The notes under the pieces were generated by a model. The model was given only the letters and a program-made list of their open reading frames with translations. It searched no databases and was not told the DNA's origin. DNA of 64,000 nt from Camelus dromedarius (Eukaryota). The DNA is taken from assembly GCF_036321535.1 (NCBI RefSeq), contig NC_087437.1, forward strand, positions 15,068,001 through 15,132,000, given 5' to 3'. Below, piece after piece: positions 38,166 through 51,651 of the stretch. The position numbers and the translations under genes were made by a program. Numbering within the stretch: the stretch's first letter is position 1; each line of letters begins with the position of its first letter.

Positions 38166-40089
38166 CATACCCGGCAGCTCCAACCTGGAGGTCTGGGAGT
38201 AGACTAGAACAGCAGCCTAAGTTTCTTCTGAGAGGAATCCTGTGGTCTCACAGGTGAGGATGCAGCAAGGGCGACGCCAAGGGAGGGGCGCTGTTCCCTG
38301 CTGGAGGTGCAGTGAGGACCAGGGAGAAGCTGCCTTCAGATGTCCCCAGGACACCCCACCTTAGGCCATGAGCTGTCACACTCCCCATAGGAAGCAGGCA
38401 CTTCCTCATCTGGGACCCTAGTTTACCTGGCATAATACCTGTATTGTTCCCACCACCACTGGTTGTAAAAGCCACGACTTAATTGTTCCTGCACATGCCA
38501 GCCACTTGGCTAAATCCTGAGCACGCAGCCTCTCAGCCCGTGCAGCCTTGCGAGGGAGGGTCCATTTCATACAGGGAGGTACTGAGACTCAGGTGTGGAG
38601 GCAGAAGCCAAGGCTGTGCCATTAGGAGGTCTCAGAGCCCAGCGTCAGACCCAGGACCACCTGACTCCAGAAGACCTTTCAGATTCATGACACCAGTCAA
38701 GGTGGCGCATGTAATGAAAATCGTTTGTTGCTAATGACCTTGCATAATTCAAAACTAAAGTCCCCATAGGAATACATCTGAAGTAAGAGTCGCATTTCAA
38801 ACTTTTCCCAGGAAGTGAGACTTTACGAATATTTTAATTTGCACCTATCAGCCTAGCACATGCCCACGCTGCACTGGCACCCGCTAGATCCCACTGATGT
38901 GGCTCCTGGGTCCAAGTGCTCCTCGTCCCACCCCCGGCACCAGGAAGATGTCCTGAAGGGAGCTCAGCCCTGAGCACATCCAGCTGCTCCTCTGGTCCCA
39001 GCCAGCATGAGGAAGACTGTGTCTTATTGTTGCAAGAAAAAACAACGAAGCTCATTTTCCTGGCCCATGATTCCTCCCTGCAGGCTGAGGGGCAAGCCGT
39101 GGTCCCTCTCACAGTCCCCCTTTTAGCTCTCAGGGGAAGTGGGCTGAGAGCACTGAGGCAGAGTATTTCCCTCGGAGCAGGGAGGATGAGGATGGAAATG
39201 ACCCAAGTTGCCCAACTATCCCTAACAAGGAGCAGAGTGATGGCTCCCAGAGGCCCGTCCATCTCCATCCACCCTCTGTGGTGGCTGCTTTGTGTGAAGC
39301 AAATGATGTTGGTTTATGGTCCAGGTTTGGGGAGCCAACCCTCCAGGCTAAGCAGGCCGCAGTGTGTGGTGCCTGGCTGGATGCCCTCCCCGCAGCCTGG
39401 CCCCAATGCCCCAGGCTCCCTTGCAGATTTCATTAGCCCAGTCTTCATGCTGATGGAGAAGGGCAGGGACCATGGGTTTGGAGCAAACTTGGCACACGGC
39501 TCTCTGAGGGTGGCCAGTACCTCTTGGTTCTCCTTCAGAGCTGGCCTCAGACTCCCTGTCTAGATGGAGGTGGGGGAAGAGCATGTCAGAACCCCTTGGC
39601 TTGGGTCTATCTTTCTCTCGGGCCTCTTTGAAGCAAGACTAGGTCCTTAAATAGTCCAAATAGACACAAGGCCACAAGGCATTTAGGAGAAATGATTAGT
39701 TCACTGGTGATTTACATGGAGGTGGGGAAAAAATTTGCATGACCAGAACCCAGCAAACATTTCCTCATTACACATCACTGTTCCTGCTCCATTCTTTTTT
39801 CATCCCAGCCACCTACATCCCCTCACCGAAGGTCTCACAACCTATGACGGAATCCCTTCTAGCATTCTCAGTGATTCTTCTCTTGAAACTGATCTGCACA
39901 TAGGACTTTAAAAAAAAAAAAAGCCTGGTATTTAAGCAAACGGGAGTAAGTTATTCCCTCAGTACACCCTGGGTGGCCCATCCATCCTCAGATACCTTCT
40001 ACTACAATACAGTGGGCGATGGATGGGTGTTTAGCGTGTCACTTGCTCCTCCCCACAAAACCACCGCCACTTCTTACATCCCTTAAAAC

Positions 40090-41445
40090 AAGTGCAAATT
40101 TATCCCAAGCCAATATATTATCATAAAATTAGCTCCAAAGCAGTGGAGCTTCCCAGGGTGCCAAGTAAATGAAAGTCCAAAACCACTCTGTGGGGCTATT
40201 CTCCACTCAGACAACACAAAATTTCCACAGAGGGAAAAAAATCCCACTGCCACAGTCAAACATTACAGAATGTACAAGGAAATAATCCAACCACAAACAA
40301 GAGCAAGTAGACACAGAATGAGGGAAGATGAGCATTCTTAAAACTTGTGCTAATAGAACAATCTGGAAAAGGCTTTAAAATAAATACATTTAAAATAATT
40401 GAAGAGACCAAAATAAAAGTAAAATCATAAGGAAATACCAAGAAATCATGAAAATAGGGCAGAAAAATTTGAAAAACTATCATAATAACTTTTAAAAATT
40501 AGCAAAACATGTAGAGACATTCATATGTACAGTGTAAAGTATGGGTTAGACGTCAATGAACAGAGCTGGAGAGAGACTATGTGAACAGAAGGACATAGCT
40601 GAGGAAATCACACACAGGAAGCACAGATGAATGCAGCACTGGAAGCTAAGAAAGAGGAGTTAACAGATAAGGAAGCCAGAAATGAAAATGTCCAGTACAC
40701 GTTAAAAAGGAGTTCCAGAGCAAAGAATGGAGAAAAGAGGAGTATGCAACATCGGGAGCAATTCTGGATAAGAATGTTTCAGAATTAAAGGAAAACCTTA
40801 ATCTTTAAAAGAAACAGTACACTGAACTTCCAAATAGATAAGTAAAATTAACCCCTACTCGGACACCTTATGGTGGACAGGCAGGACAACAAAGAGTGAA
40901 AACCTTAAAGGTACCTGGAGAGAAGAAGGGATGGCAGTTCGACTAATAAAGAAGCACCATCAGGCGAAGCCGGAAAACAGAAGCATGGTACCTTCAAAGT
41001 GCTGAGAGGGAATAACTGTGTATTTAAAATCCTCTTCATAGCAAAACTATAATTCAAGAGCCAGGGGAAATTAAGACATTTTCAGACAGAGATTTTCTCA
41101 CTCATAGGCCCACCTGGAAGTAATGCTGAAGGATGTACTTCAGGAAAAAGGAAATGAAATCAACAAGGGTGGGTGAAATGCAAGAAAGCAACGGTGAGCA
41201 AAGAAACCAGTAAACTTGTGGACAAACATAAATAAGCACTGATTTATTTATAAACAACGACTATAATAATTATGATCACGGCAGGGAGGTTAAAGACAGG
41301 CAGACCTAAAATACTGGCCAAACAACATGCAAGATGGGAGAGGATGGTGGGCATTCAAACATCCTAGGATCCTTGTTTTGTTCTGTTGGGGAATAGAGAT
41401 ATTCATCAGCTTTAGAGCTTGTTAAATCAGACGTCAATGTTAAAA
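40090..41445 (+). mobile_element. Ancient L1 ORF1-region or HAL1-like fragment
   Basis: A-rich decayed ORF1-like sequence (ggagttccagag...ttcaaagtgctgagaggg...aagacattttcagac...gatgtacttcagg) with a HAL1-like downstream block. Confidence 0.6.
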
Positions 41446-41449
41446 TGGA

Positions 41450-42035
41450 AGAGAAATGGTGAGGCATACTGTGTTCATGGATTGGCAGATTCAACTTAAT
41501 AAGCATGCCAGTTATCCCCAAATTGACCTATGAATTTAATGCAAGTCTAATCAAAATTCCGGAAGAATTTGTTAATAGACAGACAAACTGATTATAAAAT
41601 TTATATGGAATGACAAATGAATAAGAAAGATAAAACAATTTTGAAAAAGAAGAATAAAGTGAGGAATCACACTACTTAATTTTAAGACCTCACTGTAAAG
41701 CTGCAGTCATCCCACACAGTGGGGTAGTGGCAAAGGAACAGACACACAGACTAATGAAACAGAAGAGAAGGTCTGGAAAGAGATCCATACAAATATGGCC
41801 AATTGATTTTTGATAATTATGCAAAAAATTAATGGAGAAAAGATAGTCTTTTTGACAAATGATGCTAAAACAATTTAACTCCCATATGCTAAAAGAAGAA
41901 AAAGAATCTTATAAAAAAAAACTAACTCAAAATGTAAATGCAAAACTATAAAACTTTTAGAAAAACACATATGGGGAAAAGGTTTTCTGACTTGGGATTA
42001 AGCAAAGAGTTCTTAAATGTGCATTAAAAGCACAG
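41450..42035 (+). mobile_element. Old L1M ORF2 fragment
   Basis: tgttcatggattggcagattcaac...ttataaaatttatatggaa...caattgatttttga...gcaaagagttctta. Confidence 0.85.
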
Positions 42036-42216
42036 GAGGAATGAGCGGGCATCTCACAAACGTGGTGCGGATGTGACCATGGATGCAACTCTGGGCTATG
42101 CTTCCCTCTCCCATCAGAAAGTTTCTTGGCTTTTCTCCCTTGAGTTAATCTGAAGGTCAGAACATACAGAATTATGAATCCTCATCCCCTTGAAGCAGGG
42201 ATGCAAGGCCACTTAC

Positions 42217-42379
42217 CAATGCTGGTGAAGGTGTATTGGTAAGGCTCTGAGAGGAAGTGTGGGAGGGTGAGGATGAAGGCCCCCGAAGCTAGGAGGAGAC
42301 CCCCGATGCCAATCAGCCGCGGACGGTGCACCCGGCTGCCAAAGTAGCTGACAAAGATGATGAGAATGGCGTTGCTGAT
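42217..42379 (-). CDS. SLCO2A1: SLCO2A1 exon 3 (163 nt)
   Basis: Encodes [54 protein letters not shown](G). Acceptor cag|ATC; donor G|gtaagt. Confidence 0.97.
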
Positions 42380-43339
42380 CTGTGGAAAGAGCAGAGGAGC
42401 CCAGTGAGATCAGAGGCTCCGCCCTCACCCGCCACTGAGGAGACCAGACTACCACACAGCACACCCGCAAGAGGCTGCCTGGTGTCACCTAAGGGCCAAA
42501 GCAGAGCTGCAGGGTTAGGCTTGCCCAGAGAGCCTCGAAGTGAACCAAGCATGCCGTTTCAGCTTTTCCCTGTTGTCAGAAACCCTCCCCAGCCTCAGCC
42601 TTCTAGATCAGAGCAAGGGAAGCTTCTAGAGACCATGAGAGGTTCATAGCCTCAACTTCAACCATCTTAGGACCAACCTTTTGGGGCAAAATTCCAGAAA
42701 GCCTCTGATTCTGGCTGGCTCCTGGGAACACACATGTGCCCTAACGAACTGCCTGAGGACTCTGACTTCATCGTTAGAATAACCTCCAAGCACCAGGCAC
42801 TATCCCATTTCCTCATGCAATAAGTCTCATTTTGCAGACGACACAATTGGGGCTCAGAATATTAAGGAACTTGCCATGTGCATGAGGTTAGGATTGCCAC
42901 CTGAGTTAAGGGGCCCTGGCTAACTGTCTCTTGGAGAAGTGTGTTTCGGCCCCACAGCTTTGCTACTAATCTGCCCTGGCCCTCCCTGGGCACCTCTGGC
43001 AGTGAGGGATGAGGACTAAAGCACCCCTGCCCAGCTGGAAGCACCAGTAAGCACCGGTGCTCCCTGGAAGGTATGCTCTCTGAGCCCCACCCGGAGCCCA
43101 GCTTGGGGAGCAGGATGTTAAGTGATAAAAGGGGTGCTGGCAGATCTTCTGACCATGACTACTGGTCAAAAAGAGATGATCCTCTGTCTCAGAATGTAAG
43201 TTCACCTGGACCCTGGATGTCAGCACCATAGCCCCGGCCCTGTCCACGCCAGTCTCCTTCCAGCTAGAAAAGCTGGTGCTCACGTCTCAGGAAACAGGGA
43301 CCAGAGTCTGGGTACGTGGTTCTTGCCAAGATCCCCACT

Positions 43340-44940
43340 GACTGCCTCATTGCCAAACCCACTGGCCAATTCTTTCTTCTCTTTTCACTCGATCTCTCAG
43401 CACCATTTGATTCAGTTGATCATTTCTCTCTTCCTGAAACACTTCTTTCGTGAATTTCCTGATATCACCTCCTCCTAGCGTTTTTCCCCTGGCTGACCCT
43501 TCCCGATGTCCTTGGCTGGTTCCTCCTCACCTCCCTGATCTCTCAACTCTCAGAACTCAGACCCTCCACCTCTGCTCTTGTCTTGATGAGCTCAGCCAGT
43601 CCCATGGCTTTCCTTGTTCTCCATGTGCTTCCATTTCCCACAGGCTCAGCGCACACACCCCAAATCTCATTTCTCATCTTCCATCCCAAAACCTGGTGCG
43701 CCCTCCCCAGTCCTCCTCATCTCAGTAAATGGCACCTCATCCTACCAGTGCCTCAAGCAGAACACCTTGACTGCTCTTTCACACCCACATCCAACCGTCA
43801 GTAAGTCCCATTGGCTGGACCTTCAACAGCGCCCCCAGAAGCCAACCACGTCTCCCTGCCTCCATCACTACGACCGCCTGGTCTCAGCGACCACCTGGAC
43901 TTTCCCAGTCACCTTCTACCTGCCTCCACTCCTGCCTCCGTGCAGTCTATTCCCCACCCAGCAGCCAAAATGATCCTGTGGAAATGTCAGACCATGTTCC
44001 CTCCACCCAAACCCAATACGGCAAGAAGAACAAAGTCTGTCCCAGAGTCCCCGGAGCCCTGGGAGCCTGCCCGCTTTCCCCGGCACCACTCTGATCAGCT
44101 CTCTCGCCTCCCCCTCCCCCGTCCACTCCAGCCACTGTGTCTCTGGCTGTTCTTTGAACACAGCACAGGACCTTTGTCCTTGCTGCTCCTTCCGCCTTAC
44201 ACGTTCGCAGGGCTCCTTTCTCATCTGGCCTTCTTTAGATTTCTGCTCAAATTGAAACTTCTCATTCAGGCCTTCTCTGAAAAAGTCGGGGAGTTGGGTG
44301 AGTGAAATGGGTGAAGGTGGTCAAAAGGTAGAAACTTCCAGTTATAAAATAAATAAGTACTGGGAATGTAATGTAACTTACAGCATGGCCAATAATACTA
44401 TATTGTACATTTGCAAGTTGCAAAAAGAGCACATCTTAAAAGTTCTCACCACAAGAAAAAAAATGAACTATTATGAGGTGTGGTGTTAGACGCTGTGGTG
44501 ATCATTTGGCAATATACACATACCTCGAACCATTATGTTGTACACCCACAAACTAATAGAATGTTAAATGTCAGTGGTAGCTTAACAAAAAAAGAGTTAT
44601 TTAAATATAACTTATATTTATAATAATTAACAATAATGAATGATAATAATTATATAATAAATTATAGTAATGTATAATTTAAATATAATTTAAAGAATAA
44701 AGAGTTATTTAAAATATAACCACCACGCCTCCTCCACGACTTTATTTTTCTTCATGGCACTTACTGTAATCTGATCTACCATGTGTTATTTATTTCTATA
44801 AATCAAGGTCATATTTGTCATTTAGAATGAGCACAGATATTTTTTGTCTGTCTGTTCATTCCTGTCTCCCCAGCACCTAGAATGGTGTTTGACATATAGT
44901 TAGTGCTCATTAAATATTTGTTGAACAAATGAATGAATGA
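43340..44940 (+). mobile_element. Long L2 fragment interrupted by an L1
   Basis: Pyrimidine-rich L2 body ending in cccagcacctagaatggtg...taaatatttgttgaacaaatgaatgaatga. Confidence 0.85.
44285..44595 (+). mobile_element. L1MA9-like 3' end nested in the L2
   Basis: gaaatgggtgaaggtggtcaaaaggtagaaacttccagttataaaataaataag...gttctcaccacaagaaaa...ttatgttgtacacc. Confidence 0.85.
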
Positions 44941-46339
44941 CGGAGTAAGTGGTAGGCTTTTTCAAGAAGGCACAGCTGCCCAGGAGACCCGTCCTGTGTG
45001 GCCAAGAGTAACATGGTTTACAATACACAGAGAAAGGGGATGTGAAGACATGAGAAGGCAGCCTAGTCTGATCGGGAAGGTGCTCCAGCTGCTGGCCTGA
45101 CGTGCTTCTAGGACATTCTGAAACCAGTACCTGGAAACACAGCTTTATTCTTGTGCTTCTTAGATTTTATTCCCTTTTTGTTTCCCCATCATTTTCCAGG
45201 AAATGATTGTAAATATCCGACCATATCAGCTAAGCTCACTGAGGCTGACTTCAAAAGGTCCGGGGGAGGGAGGAGGGAGGGCCCTGAAGGGAGACTCGGG
45301 GAGGAGGAGCGGTGGGGTGTGGGGTGCCTGGCCCCGCCTGACTGGAGGGGCCCTTTCCTGCAGCTCCCCCACCCCAGCAGGGCCTGGGCAGGCTTCTTGG
45401 AGGGAAGTTGGGCCCCCACAGCTGTTACGGCTGATGCTGGCTTAAGACCTTGGTTCCTAAACATTCCTTTGAAAAAAATTATTTTCCCTAAAATTAAAAA
45501 AAAAAAAAGAAGCGGCAGCTGTTCTAGCTGAGAAGATGGGGGCCTCTGCAGCCCAGGCCTCAGCCCTTCAGCACCAAAGTGGCCCCTAACAGTGACTGCA
45601 CAGCCCATCTGTAACAGCCCTGCCGTCAGGCATCCGGGAGGGGCCCAGGGAAGCCCAGGGAGGCACTCAGGGAGGCTCAGCTCGCCCACTCAGCCACGGC
45701 CGCGGGTAGGGGGCAAGAGAAGCCGCTGCCTCTCAGGGCCGGCTGCCCAGCGTCTTCCCTGCCAGCCTGTGACACCAGCCCCCCTTTCTCCTCCATCTCA
45801 CCAGCCCGCCCCGCAGGCCCGGGCACTCCATGCGCCCAGGTGGGCTCACCTTCCCTCCACCTGGCTGGTCCTTTCCTCACACCCCGTGGGCTTCTGTAGG
45901 CGGCAGCCCTGCAGGCTGAGCTGCCTTCCATCTTGCGCTCAAGCAGCCGCCAAACCCTGCCTTTTCCTATTCTGCTGGATCGGCAGGGTCCTCCTCTCCC
46001 CTAGCCGCTCAGGCCTGGCTCAGTGCACAGCTTCCCGGCCATCTAACTTGGGGATGCGCTGGCCCCACCTTGGGCATCTCCCAGCAGCCCCCCCCAGAGG
46101 GCTCTTCTTCACGAGGCTGTGCGTCCTGCCCAGCTCTGCTCGAGAACCAGGCCAGTCCCGTGCCATCTTCCACAGAGGCCGGGAGCCTCGGGTTGGCCAC
46201 GAAGGCCCCTCCGATTTGGTCACTGCCTTCTGCTCTCCCGGTAAGACCTCAACTTTATTAGCCAGTCCGTTCCCCAATGCCTGGGTCAGTGTCAACGAGA
46301 CTGTAGAAAGCCCTTTGCCTGAGGTCCTGTCCTACCTTC

Positions 46340-46710
46340 TCCACACACTCACCCACCCACTCCCCCTGAGCCACACACAAATACACAGACAAATATACAC
46401 TCACACAGACATACAAGGCAAACAGACACACAGATACACACACAGACACAGACACACAAATACCTACATAGATACACACATAGGTACACAAATACACACA
46501 CAGATAACATACAGATGTACACAGATACACAAATACCCACAGATACACACAGATACACAAATACACACATACACACATACAGACACAAATACACACACAG
46601 ATACATACACAGTCTTAGCTCACAGATACACACATAATCATACACACCCACACACATAATTACTCAGACATGCACAGAAACAGACACACATTTTCACACA
46701 ACACACAGGA
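46340..46710. repeat. Degenerate (CA)n/(CAGATACA)n microsatellite
   Basis: About 370 bp of acacacagatacac-type units. Confidence 0.9.
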
Positions 46711-47090
46711 TTGTTAGGTTCAAGGAATAACTTACGATATTTACCTCAAACCATGTCCACCGGCATGGTCTAAAACCTGACCATGAAAAGCCCATCTGAA
46801 TTTAGGAAAGAGAAAATTTAATGGGTGAATTATTTTTATTTTTCATTGAACTATAACCTGGGGGAATATTTGGCTTCTTATTTGCCTAATCAGCCTCCTG
46901 TTGTGGCCTGTTCCTGTGTCCCAGCTAGCTACTCCCTGCCCCTTGAGAAATCCAGTTGTTCCTGGGCCCACGTTTTCGTCCCGAGCACAGGAAAAACATC
47001 ACTGAGAATTTAACCATGGAAGGTCGTAGATTCGGCGATCGCCTGGGCTGTGAAGGAAGAGAGGACTACCCAACGTGCCAGCTCTGATAC

Positions 47091-47686
47091 GTGTGTGCCG
47101 AGTGGGCGCCAGTAGAGATTCCAGTGGTGTGTCTGAGGACTACATTAGCAGAGGTGTCTAGAACGGTTATTGAGAAGCATTCGGAGTCTGGACTCAGCAG
47201 AAAAGCTGTCTGCCAGGGTCATGGGATAGGACTGCGGTGACACAAATGTCAGAGATTTGTTTTCCCTGGGTCCTTCATGAGTGAGGACAACATGTGCTGG
47301 AAGCAAAGTCAGAGGCCCACATTTAGGAGGGTGCATTCTGTGTCGGGGTGCACAGCCTACATAGAGAGGCAGACCCCATCACCTGGGCATCACCAGGAAG
47401 CGCAAGACACAGATGGACAGTCAGGTAGACAGAGACATACACGCACATACACAGACATTAAAACACCGGGACACAGACACACATTCGGAAAGCAGTGAAG
47501 GCATCCACGTGGGCCTGGGAGTTCAGAGAAGGGCGTCTGAGGTCCATCAGACCAGCAGGGATGACCGATGGGCTGTACCAGTGCAAGTACGGGCACCTGT
47601 CAGGGTGCAGGAATGGTCCACGCAGGGGGAGTGCGTGCTGAATGGGCACCAGTAGAGATTCCAGTGGTGTGTCTGAGGACTAGATT
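47091..47686 (+). repeat. 56-bp direct repeat pair (47091-47146 and 47631-47686)
   Basis: Identical 34-bp core ccagtagagattccagtggtgtgtctgaggacta, offset exactly 540 bp. Confidence 0.95.
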
Positions 47687-48797
47687 TTCAGGGCAGGGCT
47701 GGTGGACAGGGGCTGGGCACGGGTGGCAGAAGAGGTGGAACGGGGGTCAGAGCGTGGTGGCCATCAGACAGACCTAGGCTCCAATCCTGGCCACTCTCCG
47801 CCCAGGTGTGGCCACTGGGATGGGGGAGGTAGGCTTTCTGATTCAGGCTTCCCGTCTGGAAGACGTGACTGGGGAGGGGGCCCTCCCCTGAGGACAGCAG
47901 AGGGATCTGGCACAGGCGGGGGGGGGGCGCTCCTGAGGGGCATGGCTGTGTCGGCGGGGGAGGGCACAGGAGGAGTGAAGGGGAAGGGGTGTGTAGAGCG
48001 GGAAGCAAGCTGGGGATGGCGCGACTGGGAGGTGGTGGTTGAGGGGCGTTGAGAGACTTCCCACCTTTTCAGCCCATTTCAGAAGCTGCCTAGAGGAGCT
48101 CTAGTCTCTAAATGACAGTCTCCGTTGTCAAGTTAGGGGAGGATCTAATTGCATGTGGGCTCCCGGGAGGGGGAGACCACAGCTTCCATCCTGGAACAGT
48201 GGGCCTTGTGGAAAGAAAAGAGAGGAGCCGGGCCCGGGGCCCGTCTCCTCACCTGAAGCCCCAGGGCTGCAGCCACGACTGAGGGACACTGCTGCCTCCC
48301 CTGCCCCTTTCTCCCTGGCTTCCAGTGACTCCTAGCTGACTCTGACCTCTGCCCTCCCACCCTGACCTCTCGGCCCATCCTCTTTTCCTCTACTTTTATG
48401 TGCAGCCACTGAGGGACAGTGTAAAATCCATGTTGCTGGAGGTCACAGAGATCTGATCTTGTCTGGGAGTCAAGGCCATTGAGCAGCTCTGGCTTCTGTC
48501 ACCCTCTTAAGGACAGGAGCTGTCAGCCTGAGGCTGCCTCCCTGCCCGCGTGCCTGGGGCTTGTCTCCCCTGAACTGGGGACGGCAGAGGCCGTATGATC
48601 TCGCGGGTGGTCACAGAATTCACTTAGAGGTACAGACAGCCCTGCACACCTGAGGCACGTGGCTGCCCTTGCGGAGCCCTGGCGCCCTCACCCGCCAGGT
48701 GTGTGTGCAGAGCACCTGCGCGCAGGGCCAGTGAGGAGGTCAGGTGTCCCCGGGGCTCTGAGCTCAGCGTCTGGTACAGAGCAGCCTCGGGATATTA

Positions 48798-49190
<393 letters not shown>

Positions 49191-50429
49191 TTACTGGGGA
49201 ACAGTTACTTCACTGGGGGGCCTGGGGCGAGATGCCATCATCCTTAGACCAGTTTCACCCACAGCCTCAGGCAACGCACGTGAGCCATTCCCACCATTCC
49301 TGCCATTCTTATCACCAGCAGTGTCGTAGGCATCCTCAACAGCAAGAAAACCACGGAGCTGGAGAAGCATCTCGGAGAGAAGGGCATGACTCGGCCAGCA
49401 GAAGCTGGGGCCCGGGGCCATGAGCGCCTTGAATTGTCTTCTGACAGCTCTGCCCTCCCTTCCATGTCCTGTGAGGGCTGAGGGCTAGGCTGCAGGCCAT
49501 TTACATCACTCACAGGGGCACAAGCAAGCTCCACTCCCCTTGACCTGTCCTCCACTCCCCTGCCCTTCCTCCCAGGCCCACCTCTAATACCCCAGGATGG
49601 GCTCTCAAACAGGCTGGTCCCTCTTAGGAGGGGGGCATGCGATTGTGCTGGTTCCCCCCTCAGAGGAACGACAAGGGCCAGATCACTGACTCTGCATCCC
49701 TCCCTGCACCATATGCTTTGTCCTATGGGTATGAGTAAATGTGACAAGTGATGTGGTTGATGGGACAGATACATAGCGGGGAGGGTACAGAGGGGTTGTG
49801 GCATCCAGAATCAGTTGCAGGCGGAGCTCTCCTGGGCTCTTGGCTGAGCAGGCTCAGAGCCTGGAGCCCCACATCCCGAGCCCCCTGGAAGGGCCCCTCC
49901 AGGGAAGGGTGGGGTGCCATTATGTTTCATAGTCTGCCAAAGCTCTTCCCTTAATTCAAGGGTTGGCATCTCAGGAGAGCAACTGGGCCTCCACCTTCAT
50001 TTCCGTTTCCTTGCAAAGCCAAGTCTACTCCCTCGGCGAGGACCCCGCTCCAGGCTGCGGGATCAGAGCTGACCTTCCCCCTCCTACCTGCCAAGGCAGA
50101 GCCTTTGTGGGGCCAGGGCACAGACCTAGCTGCTTGCCTCCACATTCAAACCCAAGGAGGTCCTCACACCAGGGAAACAGACACCTCTCCAGGCTGCTGC
50201 CCACCTGGAGCCACATGGCCAACTCACTCGTCATCAGTGGCAGAAGGAAGCCTGTCAACCTGGAGGCAGAGGCAGCCCTCCATCCCTGTCCCCTGGGGAG
50301 GCTCCGCTTGGCCTCATTTCATGTACTGGAATTCTTACTATTTTGTGATAAAGGTGCTTTTGAAAATGATCTAGTCTCTCTTACAAATGGGGAAACTGAC
50401 GTGCAGAACTTGTCCACTCCAGGCATCTC

Positions 50430-51125
50430 GTGTGCCCAGCACTGACCATCCCCTAAAGGCTAATGCCCCCCAAACTCTTATCTGTAGTCCCCTTCTCTGG
50501 ACACGACACTCTTTCTGCACACATTCAGTGGAAATCCCATTTGTGGCACTCACATCTCAGACCCTCATCCAGAACTTCCCCCCGACCTCCTACATTCAAG
50601 TCTATCCCACCGGGTGCTGGACGTGTCCACCTGGGCACTCTCAGACCCCTCAGACTAATGGCTTCACAGATCAGGCTCAAAGTCCTCTGCCACAAACCCC
50701 TCCTGTTTTTCCTTTATCCCCATCACCTTCACTCAGTTCCTTAAGCTGGAAACTGAGAGTCCTGCTGGATGCCTGTTCCTCACCCTCTGGCATCTGGCGC
50801 CATTGCTAAGCCCCTTGATCTCTTCTGGGCGCCTCTTGCACTTGACCTGCCCTCAGTCTCCAGGTAATGCCTTGCCTCGGGCTCTCTCCTCTCTCCCCTG
50901 GATTCCTTCCGCAACCTCTCACAGATCTCCTGTCTGCCCCCATCAAACCTCCCATCCCACCACTCCAGAAAGAGATTTATCAAACACAGATGTGAGCAGG
51001 TTACACCCAAATGAACACCTTTCACTGGCTCCCTGCTTCCTACAAGATAAAAACCAATGCCCTTGGTGTGGTACCCAAGATGCTACAGGTCCTAGACCTT
51101 GCCTAACTCTATGGCTCCACACCCT
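50430..51125 (+). mobile_element. L2 fragment
   Basis: ggacgtgtccacctgggcactctcag...ccagaaagagatttatcaaacacagatgtga...tcactggctccctg. Confidence 0.7.
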
Positions 51126-51128
51126 GCT

Positions 51129-51651
51129 GTGGCGGATCATGTTTTACAAAGATGGCTACACCCATTTTCCTGTCCCACATACACCTCTTACAATGTGACA
51201 GTGACATTTGTTCATCAAGAAGTGGGTTGGTGTTCCCTCCCCTTCAGTATGGGCCAATCTTAGTTACTTGCTTCTAGAGAAGAGAAGGAAGCGGAAGTGG
51301 TGGTCTGTGACCTTGAGGACACGTCCTGAAAGTCCATAGCGAATCCCCCTGGCTCTTTCTCTCTAGGGACCCTTAGACCCCAGACATCACACTATAAGGA
51401 ATCCCAGCCTTCTCTACTCACAGGGAATCCACAGGTTGGGGATTCAGACAACTCTAGCTGAAGTTTCAGCCTGCAGCCAGTGTCAAGGGCCAGACGTGCT
51501 GCTAAGAGAGCCTTCAATGCTGAGTGCAGCAGAAATGGGCGATCCTCACCAAGCCTTCTATAGACGGCAGATCCCTGACCAAACTAAATGTTGCCGCTGT
51601 GTTAAGCACTAAGTTCAGGGCTGCTCTGTTCTGCAACACTATCACTAAAAC
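51129..51651 (+). mobile_element. MaLR solo LTR (MLT1F/H-like) nested in the L2
   Basis: Starts tgtggcggat...caaagatggctac and ends ttaagcactaagtt...cactaaaaca (TG...CA). The L2 resumes afterwards. Confidence 0.75.

Noticed and set aside
45592..46659. Longest ORF in the track (355 aa, plus strand)
   Set aside because: Non-ATG start, GC-rich first half, and a second half that is translated CA microsatellite (H/T-rich). No domain signal.
47091..47686. CRISPR-like repeat-spacer array
   Set aside because: Only two copies, a spacer of about 480 bp, a mammalian intron and no cas genes.
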